NCBI GenBank assembly: GCA_958009085.1
Contig: OY253687.1
Location: forward strand, 806,001-870,000
Direction of reading: 5' to 3'
Source: Protoeuglena noctilucae
Lineage: Eukaryota
Length of the DNA stretch: 64,000 nt
Part shown: one piece after another, positions 23,872 to 58,852 of the stretch
Position numbering within the stretch: position 1 is the first letter of the stretch
How the letters are laid out: every line of letters starts with the position of its first letter
Made by a program: the position numbers and the translations under genes
Notes under the pieces: model-generated
The model's input: only the letters and a program-made list of their open reading frames with translations
Databases searched by the model: none
What the model was told of the DNA's origin: nothing

Positions 23872-26257
23872 ATGGGCTTCGGTAACCCGTCCTCCTTCCA
23901 CCTCCCAAAACCCCGGAGGCTGCAATGGTACCGCGCGGAGGACCACATGGAGTGGCCCGACGGGCCTTTGGACACGACCACGTTCCACGCGCAGCAGTAC
24001 CGCAGTTATGAGGTCCCCGTCCCCAAAATCATCCGGTGAGGGCGGCGAGGCAGTCTGCGCGATGCCGCTAAGTAACTGCACGACGTGGCGGAGGAGCCCC
24101 GCGCTATGGCCCGCTAAGCCCAGACCGTCGCGCACCCCATCGCCGGTCATCGCGACTCGCCCATGCATACCAGCACCGTCCCCGCCCGCAGCCGCGGCGA
24201 GACCAACCGCTGCGCGAGCACCGTACCCTCAGACGCGGGCCATGCCACGGATTACGCGCCCTCGTCGCAATTGCCGGACCTGCAAGTCGCGTACCCCGCG
24301 CACCGCGTCTCGCTCCCCACCCGCACGGCCTCCCGCGTCGAGATCGGCAAGGGCGAGTGGGACGCCCAGACGCGACGGGCCATCAAGGACGCGATCCACA
24401 ACACCCGCGCGTGGCAGGCGTACCAGTCACAGCGCGTCGACACGCGGGGGCTGAGGTGGGTGGGAATGTGGCTGGGGGTTTGGCGGTGGGGGACTTTCCC
24501 TGTGCCACGAGCACTCTGTCTGAGCCACGTGGCCTTTGCCTGGCATCAGAAACATGAACAGCCGGGGCGCATGCGAGCGCAGCGACTGCCGCAGCGCAGT
24601 CGTTGCCGCTGCCACCTAGCGTCGCCCCCCTTTCCCAAACGCTTCCCCTCGGCGCCTCTCATACCCTGCATGTTTCTCGCTCTCTCAGGCAACAGCACTC
24701 GGTGCAGCTGGCGTTCGCGGCCCCCGCACCGACGGCCAAGGAGGTGGCAGCGCTGTCGGGCAAACTGCGCGCCGCCGCAGCTCTGTGCGCGGAGGGCAGG
24801 GCGCCCCAAAGCAGGTGCGGTCTTGGGGGGGGGGGGGGGGGGGGATAATGTATGCGGAGTGGCTCGCTTCGGCTTTGCACGGGGGGTGGCACTGTCAGGA
24901 ACCCTATCCATAACGAGAGCGCTTTACAACGGTGCCGCCGTGTTCGTGCCTCTGCACAAATTCAAATCGTCTTGCCACGCCCTGGCACGTATCAAACACG
25001 CAACATTTATCTCCCAATTCCTCTCCGCAGTGACGAGGCCCGGCCGGCGCCCGCCTCGCGCCCCGCCAGCCGCGCTGGTAACCAAGCGCCCGACACATCG
25101 GCCCCAGCTCCCGAGGCAGCAGCGCCTGAGGTTGAAGGGCAGGGCGGGGAGGGTGAGGGGCGGGAGAGGGACGACGGATTCGAGGACGCGGCTGCGGTGC
25201 TGGAGCACTGGACGAGGAGGGGCGGGGAGGCGTGGGAGGGGGATGCGGCGGGGGACGAGCGGTGGCGGCTGAAGCTGGGGGAGGCCGGGATGGTCGGGAG
25301 AGGTGAGGGGGTTGGTGGATGCAAGAGAAATTGTCGGTAACGCATGCTTTGGGATGGCGTCAGTGACGCTAAGGGTGGTACGGATGTTAAATGACGTCGC
25401 TGATATCGGTGCTTGCTGCGCCTGCTGTGCGGCCGTCTATGCATACGCATGCCACGCGTATGTGCAGCATCCACCATGACCATGTGGTGCCACTCACACC
25501 GTCGTGCGTGCACAATATACACATGCTCTCTCTGTGCCCTCCCCAGGCACCGCTCGCTCCTTCGTCCCCTTCCGTTTCCCGGATGCGGGCACGGGCGGCA
25601 AGTCGACTGTCGCGCTGGGGCAGGGCGCAGAGCCGGACATGTACCTGACGACCAACGGGACGACGTACCTCAGCAAGCGGAGGGACGGGGTGCCAGGCAA
25701 GCGCAACGACCGGCAGCTGCCACAGGTGAGCGGGGTGCCAATCTTAGTATTAAAGTGTTGCTTTGTCACGCGGCCGCTTTGTTAAGGGCAGGGCAGGTGC
25801 ATGCACAGGCGGGCGATCGCGGTGGCCTCCCCCGCGATCGCCAAGAGCGATTCGCTCAACCCCGCTCTTACCCTCTTATCTCATTTGATCTCATCACCCC
25901 CTGCCTCTCTCCCCGCAGCACTCGGACCATTTGTGGGAGGTGCAGCGGGAGCTGGGCCCCAACGGCGCTCACTCGTTCGATACCGTGGCCGCTCTCACCT
26001 TCCGCCCGCACAGCCGGTCCGCCAGCCCGCGCCGCGTGGCGTTGGGCACGTTTAACAAGACGGCGAGTCACCTGGACGTGCCGCCTGGGGAGGGGGCGCC
26101 CTTAGATGGCACCACCACCTACCGAACGTGCTTCACCGACGAAGCACGAAAGGTCCCGCCCCACGTGACCCTGCCGCACCCCAGCGACGCGACGGTGGAT
26201 CTGCGGCGGGGGAGGGACCCGTGCGCGCGGCGGCGGTGCGGAGGGCGCGGGAGATGA
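23872..26257 (+). CDS. Hypothetical multi-exon protein with short T-T-x-aromatic motifs (possible SAXO/Mn-motif ciliary protein)
   Basis: GC3-rich exons MGFGNPSSFHLPKPRRLQWYRAEDHMEWPDGPLDTTTFH..., YLTTNGTTY, DGTTTYRTCF with canonical donors (24036 GTGAGG, 25726 GTGAGC). The exon chain is not fully resolved. Confidence 0.5.
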
Positions 26258-26667
26258 TGAAGGCGCAGGTGCGGGGGGGGACGGTGGCGGCGGCCACGTG
26301 ACGGGGTATGGGAGAGGGCATGGGAGGAGTACAAGTGACAGGGACACTTCTTTAGACACACACGCGATAGGGCGGCATGCGTCGATGAGTCTAGGGGACA
26401 TGGGCGAGGAGGGTTTCTTGGTAATGGGGCTGCTGCTGGGCACGCTGGGTTACGGTTGGCATGCACCGCCGCGCTCTCCGTTCAACTAGAGCTAGCAGCT
26501 AGGAACATGAACTATAACATGAGCAAAATACATGAACTGTGGACAGCATGCGCTAACAGGGTCAATGCACTCTGGCAGGCTGCGGCTGGGACGATGCCAG
26601 GGGTCGGCAACGTTGCTCCCAAATGCGGGCCTCCTAACGTGGCCCCCGCTGCACTTGTGGGCCGCCC

Positions 26668-28116
26668 CTACCCCTTCACTTGCCAAGCACGGAATGGCTG
26701 CACGTGAATCCACTTGGTCGCCGACCACTTCTCGCCTTTGATGACCGGGCACCCCGCATGCATGGCACTGGGGTCCTCGTGACCGTCTGTTGGCAGGGGA
26801 GGAGGGTCGAGAGTGGCATTTGCGATAAGCCAGCGCTCTGCACACTGCTTACAAACACTGGGCAGCGCCGCCACCCTCCGTTGCGCCTGGCCCCGCCCCT
26901 GCCCTCGCCCCTACCGCCGCCCCTGCCCCCACTCCCACCCTAGCTTCCCAAACCCGCTCCCCACCTGGCGTCAGTGACCAGAACAGCAGCGCGTCCCCCT
27001 TGCGCGGCTTCACCGCCACGCCCTGCCTCGCGCACTCCGACATGCCCTGCGCCTTGTACGCACTCTCCACCTCGTCATCCAACCACTTTCCATTCGGGAA
27101 CACCGTCTCGCCACCCTCCTCCACATCTGCAATGCAAGTCACAGTGGGAACTCTATGCATGCACCACGCACGTATAGTATACTATGGATAACAATCCATG
27201 AGCCGCAGCCATCCTCATCATTAACAATCCGTGCTCATCATTACCAATCATCAGCTGTGTCCTGTCGCTTGCCTGTCAGGTACATGAGCACGGTCGCACA
27301 CCGCGACTGCCCGTCCTCTGGCGTCGGATACAGCAGCACGTCCATGTGGGCGCGGTACTGCTGGCTCGGCTGGTACTTGAGCACCTGTGGAATGGTTGAA
27401 TGCAGACAGGGTGGATGTTTGACAATCATCCCCAGTGTAACTGTACCCCTGGGGCGCGTGCACACAGCACGTGCATGCGCAGCACGTCACCTGCAGGTCT
27501 TCCTGGTGCGGCATCGGCAGCATCGTCCACGCGGCGATGCGGTTCTCGACAGTCCGGATGACCTCGTCCGACTGGCGCGCCAGGAACGTGCCAGAAGAGG
27601 TGCGGATATCGTTCACCTCGCCGTGGCCCCCGTGGCCCTCCACGAGGCTCCGCTGCATCGAGGGGTCCGCGAGAGACCGGATGTGGTCGGCCTCGGCCGC
27701 GGACATGAAGTTGTGATACACCACGGCCCTGCGGAGATGCATGCAAGGGGGCCTGTCATAAACGCCCAGCGCTAAAACGCATGCGTAAGCAGCAGCACCC
27801 ATCAGTCGCCCCTTACGCACCTGGGGGACCACGAGATGATCTCAATCCATGGCTCGGAGTCGTCGTGAGTCGTTCCGACCAGTCCCCCCGCGTGCCGGAT
27901 GCGAGAAGTGGGGCCTGACGTGTAGCTCGAGCCGCTACCGTGGCGCTTCTTGTCCGGGAACGAGCGCGCGGCTTCGGGCGTCACGACGAGGAGGCATATG
28001 AGGATGATGCCGAGGATGAGCGCCCCTGTGGCCCGCACGGCCGGGGCCCTCCATGCCCTCCATGCCCTCCCGAGTGCTGGAGCCTCCGTCTGCGCGCGCG
28101 AGGGCCGGCAGCACAT
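26668..28116 (-). CDS. P4H: Prolyl 4-hydroxylase (2OG-Fe(II) oxygenase), tandem copy A, no evident ShKT domain
   Basis: N-terminal hydrophobic anchor, [59 protein letters not shown]. Start codon uncertain. Confidence 0.9.
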
Positions 28117-29009
28117 CAGAGCGGACCAGAATCCACAATTCATCCATAATTACAACATGAAGCGACAACTGCGGCGCCGTTGGACTTCTAGATGCTGCAG
28201 GCGCGCACTGCACCCATGCACATGGCACGTTGCGACTGCGTCGAATGCGTGACCGATTGCAGGTCGGCACGCGATGCCTCACCTCGACAGCGCGATAATC
28301 TGCAAATCGACGCCTCAGGAGTCCCGTCCGCCCATGCGATGCCCTGGGAGCGGCGGGAGCAGCACAGCGGGTGAGTCTGTGCCCCGCGGAGCGCGCAGGG
28401 ATTACGAAGACGCCCGGCCAGTGCTTCGTATCAACGTCGTAATGCATTTAATGTGGTGGGTTCCTTCCAAACGCCTCATTCATCTCTACATCGGCTGAAC
28501 GCTCCTGCAACGCTTGCTGCTAGCCCTGGTCTGGCCATGCGCAGGCTTCCAACATGGCACCCAGGCCCGTGCGGCTCCGCAACTAGAAAGTCTGGGTACA
28601 CTGAAGGCAAGCTGCACTCACTGGCCCGCACTGTCGTAGTAGTTTCCGACCATCCTCGCACCCGCTTAGCTGGCCGCACTGCTCTCCTGCGCTCCCCGAA
28701 CGCTCTCTATGCCGACTGTTCACCCGGTGGCAATTAACTGTGGACGTATGCTCAGGGAAGCGTGCTCCATGCGTGACATCAGTGGCATGGGCGGCCCATG
28801 GCCCGGCTCTGGGTGCCCCATGACCCGCAGTAGCGCAGCGCATGGCAACCAGCGCTATTCCGTTCAAACAGACGAAAGCAGGCGGTCTCATGCGCTCATC
28901 TATGTTGCCACTACTACAGGGTTCTATTCTAAGCCGACATCACGCTTGCGTCTCCCCCTCACGCCCCCTTGACTCCCCATGACATGACGGCCTGACCTCT
29001 CCCCGCTCC

Positions 29010-30555
29010 TCACGCCTCGCACACCCCGCATGCCTTGCGGCACGCCCCCGGGAAGCCGTTCGCCCCCACCATGTACTGCGGGTTCTTCTCGCACTCACCC
29101 CCCTGCAATCAGATCAACACAGCAGAGATCAAGAAAGTGATCAAGACACACGCTGTCCCTTCCCATTCGGCACAATGCCGCGGTATCGCTCCTTCCTGCC
29201 ACGACAAACGCCAGTCGCAACCCTTCGACGCGCCTTGACCATGCACGGTCCATCGCGCATGCCCCACTGCAATCGCTGACCACATCATTGGCTGTCTCAC
29301 CTTTGCCCACATGTCGCAATTCTCGTGGTGATCCGCGCACGTCGTCATGTCCTCCAGCTGTCGGGCCCGGAATGGCTGCACGTGGATCCACTTGGTCGCC
29401 GACCACTTCTCGCCCTTGATGACCGGGCACCCCGCGTGCATGGCACTCCCGTCCTCGTGACCATCTGTTGGCAAGGGAAGGGAAAGAGTGGCGAGAATGG
29501 CATTTGCAGCAAGCATGCACGCTGCTTACACACACCACACTGGGGCAGACAAACACTGAGCAGCATTGCCACCCTCGCATGTGCCTCCTCCTGCCCCTAC
29601 CCTTGCCCCTACCCTCGCTGCTGCCTCCCACCTGGTGTCAGCGACCAGAACAGCAGCGCGTCCCCCTTCCTCGGCTTCACCGCCACGCCCCGCCTCGCGC
29701 ACTCGGACATGCCCTGCGCCTTGTATGCCCTCTCCACCTCGTCATCCAACCACTTCCCATTCGGGAACACTGTCTCGCCGCCCTCCTCCACATCTGCGAT
29801 GCAGGTCACAGTGGCAACTGTCTGCAATCACCAACGCGCCACAGCACACCACGCCGAGTACCAAGCAGCCTCGCCCTCGCCGCCCAGGCTCGCCTGTCAG
29901 GTACATCAGCACGGTGGCGCACCGCGACTGCCCGTCCTCCTCCGCCGTCGGGTTGTTGACGACCACGTCCATGTGGGCCCGGTACTGCTGGCTCGGCTGG
30001 TACTTCAGCACCTGCAGGTCTTCCTGGTGCGGCATGGGGAGCATCGTCCACGCAGCGATGCGGTTCTCGACAATCTTTATGACCTCGTCCGACTGGCGCG
30101 CTAAGAAGGTCCCCGAGGACGTGCGGATTTCGTTGACGGTCGGGGACCCGTCAGCCCCGAAGACAGTGCTCCGCTGCATCGAGGGGTCCGCGATCGAGCG
30201 GATATGGTCGGCCTCGGACGCCGACAGGAAGTTGTGATACACCACGGCCCTGCGGGAGGGAGCTGGGGCGCACTGGTCGCACACTGTTGGCGCATGCAGC
30301 GAGACAGAGACGATTCCTGACCGCTCTGGGGCATGGGAGTCACCTCGGAGACCACGAGATGACCTCTAGCCAAGGCTCAGAGGTGTCGGTCGTCCCCGCG
30401 GTCGCAGAGCCTCGGCTCTCGGCTCGTTCTGCTCCGCCACCCCCGTCATTGCGCCCCTTCTCGGGGAACGAACGCGCCGCTTCGGGAGTGACTACCAGTA
30501 GGAGAGACAGCAATGCTGCTGCGGTCAGCGCCCTCAGCGACCCCAGCGCCCGCAT
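29010..30555 (-). CDS. P4H: Prolyl 4-hydroxylase with C-terminal ShKT domain, tandem copy B
   Basis: Same catalytic motifs (HMD...H...K) followed by CADHHENCDMWAK|GGECEKNPQYMVG...CRKACGVC; signal/anchor from ATG 30555; TGA at 29010-29012. Confidence 0.92.
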
Positions 30556-31498
30556 GCCTGGCCTTCTGCAGCAACACACAAAGCAGGACGGTGGCCCTCG
30601 ATCTGAGCGGCGACGATTGCATTTGCAAAAGTAATCGGTTGAATGACGCGGAAGCGAGATGGCCGAGGGCGCTTACCTGCAAGAAACCAGCCGCGGCCCC
30701 GCGCCATCCTTCGACCCTGGAGAGGCCCCGTTTCGACAGAAACGTGTGTTGCGTGGGCTCTGTTTCGCCAATAGGATTGCTTGGCCTTGTTGTGCCTCCG
30801 GCGCAGTTGTTCGACTTCCCTGCGCGGGAGCGATCGGACTCCGTCCGAGGCGTCAGCATCATCTTAGCTTTGGGGTCATAATGGACAGGTTTGGAGGTGC
30901 GTTGGCCGCGAGCGCATCGCGTGAGGACTCTTTGCTGGTGTTTTGGCTTAGATCCGGGGAGCCTGACCCGCAGCCTGCTTGCCCAGTCCCTTCTTGCACA
31001 TCTTTTGCACCTCCCAAAGCGGGCCCAGGACTCCCTTCGATCCTGGGCCCCCAGCATTCTAGCTGAGACACGCGGCTTCGCAGGGTCCTGCTCCTGCGCT
31101 GGAAACCCCCCCGCCCGTGCCTCGCTTGTGCGTTTCTTTCCTGTGTGCGCGCACATGCACTCCGGCCCCACAGCCGCTGCCCCCGCGCGGCGCTGCCTCG
31201 CTGGTCGTGTCGGCGGCCCACAGAGCCCTCGCGGTAGCGTTCGCGGGGTCTTCAGGGGCTGCGCGTTCAGCTGACAAAGCCTTGGGCATACCCCTTGGTC
31301 TCTCTTACCGCCCGCCCCTCTGCGCGGCCACACCGGCGCCGCCCTTCGTGCCGGGGCGCAGCGCTGGGTGGCCCCGACGCCTCTGAGCCCAATACGCGCT
31401 GCCCGCGTCGTTTCATAGCCAGCAATTGCACCAAAGAAGCATTTGGTGCGGCCGCTGCGTGCGCCCGGCTCACGCACCGTCGCCCTCGGCCCCCGCAG

Positions 31499-32132
31499 AT
31501 GGCTTCGTGGGTGCGAGCATCGACCGCGGCCCGCCCTCCGCCGCCCCTCCCGGCGCGTTCGGCTTCTTCGGAGATCTGAGCGGCGTCGCGGGGGAGGCGT
31601 TGGAGGACGGCCTGGAGGCTCCGCCCGAGGAGGCGATCCCACTGCCGGGCACGCTTCACGATGGGGGGGACGGGGACGATGGGATGGGCGCGCTGGGCAT
31701 GGGCGCCGCGGACGCCCTCGCCGCGGACGGCTACGGCGGCGATTCGGACATCATGGCGGCGCTGGAGGCTGACATCGACAGCGCCGTGTTCAGCGGGAGG
31801 GACGACGACGGCTTTGGGCTCGGGGGTGCGCTGGGGGCACTGGGTGGTGCGGACGGGGCAGCGCCGGACCTGCGCGCGATCGAGAGGGAGCTGAAGCGCG
31901 TCGGGCTGCTGCCGGACGCGGCGCCGGGGCCCGGAGTGACCGATGCCCCTCGCCCGACCCCGCCCCGGTCGTCGCTGCCCCCCGGGGCGCTGAGCGTGGC
32001 GGAGGTGGAGGCGAGGATGGCGGCGGCGGCGAGAGCGGGGCCGTCTCCCGGCCACCCCCCCTCGTCCTTTCCCATGGGACCACCCCCCACGCTTGCGATG
32101 GGGATGGGAATGGGCACGCCGCCCCCGCACCT
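31499..32132 (+). CDS. N-terminal fragment of a possible PAT1-like mRNA decapping activator (runs into the assembly gap)
   Basis: Exon after a CCCGCAG acceptor: FGFFGDL...EALEDGLE acidic segment, LSVAEVEARM motif, then a Pro-rich stretch. First exon not located. Confidence 0.4.
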
Positions 32133-32332
32133 NNNNNNNNNNNNNNNNNNNNNNNNNNNNNNNNNNNNNNNNNNNNNNNNNNNNNNNNNNNNNNNNNNNN
32201 NNNNNNNNNNNNNNNNNNNNNNNNNNNNNNNNNNNNNNNNNNNNNNNNNNNNNNNNNNNNNNNNNNNNNNNNNNNNNNNNNNNNNNNNNNNNNNNNNNNN
32301 NNNNNNNNNNNNNNNNNNNNNNNNNNNNNNNN
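32133..32332. other. Assembly gap (200 N)
   Basis: Run of N characters. Confidence 1.
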
Positions 32333-32907
32333 GTGGGTCGTCACTTCAGCATGCGTGATGCTGCCAAGGTCTGCCGGAGAGTGCGGGGGATGCACGGGGG
32401 GCTGCTGGGGAGGTGCCAGAGGTGAGAGAGAGAGTGGTGGTGGGGATGAATTAGTAATTTATGAAGTTGTAGTGAGGCAGCGGGTTGTGAGCGAGGGTCA
32501 GTGGGATGCTGGGCAGGTGCCGGAGGTGAGAGATGTTACAGTGTAGACATGAGGAGAGAGAGTGGAAGAGGGGGATGAGTTGATAAAGTGGTGCCAGAGG
32601 TGAGAGAGTGGTGGTGGTGATGGTGGTGGGGATGTCATTTGTCCAGAGTTATAGCGAGAAAAGCACTAGTTACCCTACCGTGACCCCTCAGTACCGACCC
32701 CCATCGCCACTCATCCGCACCAGCCGCCCTCACCCTCACCCCCCTGAGCAAACACCAAACCAAACAACCACCACAACCACCCCCTCTCCCCCCATCCCCA
32801 CCCCCCAGAGCCCATGCCTCCACCACTACTCACACCCCAACGCCCCCAATCTCTACCAAACCCCAAACAAACATACAACAACATTTCCCCCCCCCACTCC
32901 CCCACAG

Positions 32908-54885
<21,978 letters not shown>

Positions 54886-55569
54886 GGCTAGGTCTTACCT
54901 GGTGCATGCATGTTAGAAGGCATGCATGTTAGAAGGACGGGAGTGGTCTTGGCAGAGCAGGACGATAGAGTGGATGCCACGATTCGATGCAAGGTCCTCA
55001 GGGCAGGGCAGGAGCGGCATACGGAGTGGGACCCACTGCGCACGACTCTAGGACTATAGGACTCTAGGGTTCATGGCTTGAACGTGTTGAACAATGATGG
55101 GGAAGGGAAGTCCTCGAAGGTGTGACATCCGCATAACTGGCAGTCTCCCTGTCAGCTGCTCTGGAGTGCACTGTGCTGCATGGCACCCCGGCCGGCGACT
55201 AGGTCAGGTAAATCGTCGTAGCGCAGGGAGGGTATGCCCTTCCGAACGCTGCTTGGCGTGCAGCCCCTCTCCCCTGACAATGTCCTCCCATGTTGCTCTG
55301 GCAAGGCAGCGTTGCGAGTGGGCTGGAGAGCATAACGGGGCACGAGGTCTCAGTGTCGGCCACAGCTCTCGGCGCTAGATGACCGGATTTGTCGGGGTTG
55401 GAAGTCAATGCAGCTAATTCCAGACGGGGCTCGCCTTCAAGCTGCTGCACTCGCGCTTTCTTAGGCCTGTGGTCTGCTTGACCACGGGCAGCTGCACTGT
55501 CAAATCAAGCAGGTCGGAGTGGCCGGGGAACATGGAAGCATCGGTGTGGTGACATGAGTGGGTCATGCA

Positions 55570-56448
55570 CCCACGCGACCCTTCTTTGCCTTCTTGCCGT
55601 CCTCCTCTTCATCCTTAATAATCTTGTTCGCTGCACGTACAACCTGCTTCGCGTCTGCCTCCTCAGCGTCCTCATTCCTCGTCTTCATGTCCTCCAACAC
55701 CTTGCTCTGAAACAAGGGAACAAAGTAAGTGAACAGTTGCTAAAGTTGCTGATGCGCACCACAGATTTCCGTACTGAGACATGCGTTTTCCGAGTGCAAC
55801 AGTTTTACACCTGATGCCTCGCTACACTCCCTTTCATATTATCCAAAAGCAGCTTGTAACGTAAGTCTGAACCCACAACGCACCTGGATAACCTTGATTG
55901 TGTCCTTGATTTCTTTCTTCCTCTTCTTCTCAATGAGGTTTTTGGCAAGATTGATTGCCTGGGAGTCGTGCGCCTGGGTGCAGTGCATGCAACGTCAAGA
56001 TTGAGTAGTAGTTGTCTCGCGATAATCTCATGGACACCAATTATAGGAGGCACTCGCCTTGACGCTATTGAATCCTTGCTTAATTTTCCTTGCAATGCTC
56101 AGTGGTGGCCGCTTCGATGAGTACTCGTCGACACGCACCCGAACTTCGTGCAACTTGTTGATAGCCCCTTCCTGCGCAAATAACAAGACGCGCTGGAGGC
56201 TTGAAGCTTTGCCCTACTGCAAGATTAGCACTTCTTGCACGGCAATACCACGGAAACACACATCACTCCCCCCCTCACACGTTTATGTCAACGAACCCGT
56301 CCACTCTTACAACCCTTTGTCTTATCCAACAGTTATGTCCTCACCGCGAACTTCGTGATGTTTGGCTCCTTGTTCTCCTCCTCCGCCTTCTTTTTTTCCT
56401 CTTCCCACAACTTCTCCAGGAATGCCGTCTCCTCATAAAGCCAAGTCT
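55570..56448 (-). pseudogene. Lower-GC spliced, K/E-rich coding remnant of unknown origin (possible transposon accessory gene)
   Basis: Exon-like segments TWLYEETAFLEKLWEEEKKK, EGAINKLHEVRVRVDEYSSKRPPLSIARKIKQGFNSVK, AHDSQAINLAKNLIE, SKVLEDMKTRNEDAEE bounded by CAG acceptors and GT/GC donors; codon usage unlike host genes. Confidence 0.4.
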
Positions 56449-56458
56449 GTAAGCAAAA

Positions 56459-56465
56459 TAATAAA

Positions 56466-56563
<98 letters not shown>

Positions 56564-56575
56564 CAACAACAACAA
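56459..56575. repeat. (AAT)n microsatellite grading into (AAC)n
   Basis: Directly visible. Confidence 0.98.
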
Positions 56576-58553
56576 GAAATGTAATTTGTGCATTATGATG
56601 GCCGTTTCGGGGCCTGCGGCGTTGCAATCATGTGGTCGGTGATCGCATTAAAGCAGATGTCTGGTAACATCGAGCATCGGCATGCTGTGTCAGCGGGGGG
56701 ACCGCGAGCGTGCGGCGTGAGTGAATCGAAGCGACCCCCTCTCTCGGGCTACGGAAGTGGAGCGGAGTGAGCAGAGAACATGGTTTTCTTGTCTGTGCGT
56801 GCGATGGCTGGGAACCGGCTCCGGCCCGGTTGCACGGCTGGCGCGGCGGGGCGCGGCAAGGGCGGTCCCGCAGCTGTGGCTGATGGGCAGAGCTGCCCAG
56901 GGGGGCAATCCAAGCGACGGCTCGCCGCGATGCTTCATACGTCAATTAACATTTTGACGCGAGCACGTCCCGGGGGTTTCGATGCCATTTGGTCGCGCGC
57001 ACTTTGCCTGCGCTGCGTGCCCTATGCGCGTCTCGATGCTTGATGTGCAGCTTCGCTGCTGGCGTAGCGCGAGCTGTGACAAACTGGGAGCGAGGTTACG
57101 GACCCCAACAAGCATTGTTCCGCCCCGTAGATGCGCGGGGACCGCCTGCAGCGCCGGCCATTATGGGCGAATTACGGCCTCGAGCAAACGACGATGGGCG
57201 TACAAATGGTGTTGAAATGTGACAATTTGCTAAAGCAACTCGTTGGAAAGAGGAACGGAGCGTAAGACACCGTCGGGAGCAAGTTGGGGCAGGCGTGCAC
57301 TGTGTGGATTTCAAAGTGCCCGCGCTGCTTTCAGAAGATCCGGGGGCGGCGCAGAGCAGCATGCTGGGGTCGGTGTTCTTGGTAGCTAGCCTCCACCATA
57401 CCCAATACGGCACAGAGGGGGCCGTAATGGCGCGAAGTGCGTGCAGAGTTGTGGCACCTTTGCCGCCAAACACGGCATCGGCTGGGGCTTTCTCAAACCC
57501 CGAGCGCCGTTTATGCACTATGCCTCGCGTAAGTACTCCATTGCACGCGCAGTCAGGGCCATATATTGACAGCCCAAGGCGCTCATGGTGGCCAGCTTGA
57601 GCCAGCCCCGGGCGCCACCTCGGTGGTCCGATGCCGATATTGCCGATGCAGAACGTAGGTGATGGAAATGAATCACGCGCATCCATCAGCCGTAAGCGTA
57701 GGATGCAAAGGGCGCTCGCGGGCCGCTATGGAGGCAGCGATGGGCTTGTGCTAAGGCTTCGCGCATTTACCACGTATTCGTTCAGCCATCGCGGTACAAA
57801 TCAACCACGAGTTTCTCGCCTCGTTGTTGTTGAACATTGTTGAAGAGCCATACCTACAGCATTCAAGCACCTGGCATGCACTGCTACAGGGAACCTCACC
57901 CAACGACTGTGTTAGTGCGTGTCGCAGCGCAAAAATGATGCTTCCTTTTCAGTGCATGGCTTCTCCCTTAGCAACGCTGCAGGTCCCACGGTGCAGCTCA
58001 CTGTGCTGGGGCACGACGGGGTGGTGGCCGCGCTGGAGGGCGTGCTCCGGAACATCCAGGAGTCTTGCCCCTGTCGGAGACCGGCCTGACCTGGGCGTGG
58101 CTGGCAGTGGCTGGCGTTGCTGTTTGAGCGTGTGGAGGGTGGGGGGGGAACCCCGAATCGGGGGGAAAAAAGGCCCGCGGCGGGATTGGAGCCCGACACG
58201 TCAGCACCTGGTGCCAGACGCGGGTGCCTCTCACTTCTCTAAACACCAACCGTGACCCGTGAGGGACCACGATCTCGAGCTCGTCATTTCCCGCCGCGGG
58301 TGCCGGGCACAGGGGGGCGAACCCCCCCACTGGCCCCTAGGGATCCACACTCAGAGAGTGCAAGGGAGCTTTGCAAAGCGGCCCGGGGGCGGAAGCGTCA
58401 TCAGGCCACCTGAATCGGGTGGCACGCTGGACAGCACATTAAGACAAGTTTAATCGTAACAGGCATGCCAAGCCCGCCAATCTCGATTCAACAACGATAA
58501 ACAGCTAGCATTTGGTATATGTACTGTAAATTCGCGCTCTGTCGGTGTCAGGC

Positions 58554-58627
58554 GCCGTCGTGGCCAAGCTGGTTAAGGCGCCTCCTTAGTAAGGAGGAGA
58601 TCGTGAGTTCGAGTCTTACCGATGGCA
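58554..58627 (+). tRNA. trnT-AGU: tRNA-Thr(AGT)
   Basis: Acceptor GCCGTCG/CGATGGC, D region TGGCCAAGCTGGTTAAGGC, anticodon arm CCTCC-TTAGTAA-GGAGG, T-arm GTGAG-TTCGAGT-CTTAC, TTTT terminator just downstream. Confidence 0.96.
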
Positions 58628-58699
58628 TAAATGTTTTGCCCGCATCGGGGCGTCAACCCCCCCGTCCGTGGTCGACCTCCGCCCTCCCTCGCCTTTTCC

Positions 58700-58747
58700 T
58701 TATATACCATGAGGTCGCGGGTTCGAGTCTCACCAGCAACCAAAAAA
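58700..58747 (+). pseudogene. Orphan tRNA 3' half (variable loop, T-arm, acceptor strand) followed by an A-run
   Basis: CCATG-AGGTC-GCGGG-TTCGAGT-CTCAC-CAGCAAC-C-AAAAAA; no matching 5' half seen nearby. Confidence 0.6.
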
Positions 58748-58852
58748 GCTGCAGCGCCCAGGGCACCCCACGCAGTGTCCCCGAGGCTACCACGTCCCTA
58801 TTCTGGGGGGACTCGGACGCGCACACACACCCTTGCCTCACCCCTAGCCCTT

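Noticed and set aside
56333..56627. Poly-Leu / poly-Ile membrane-protein ORFs
   Set aside because: Translations of the (AAT)n microsatellite.
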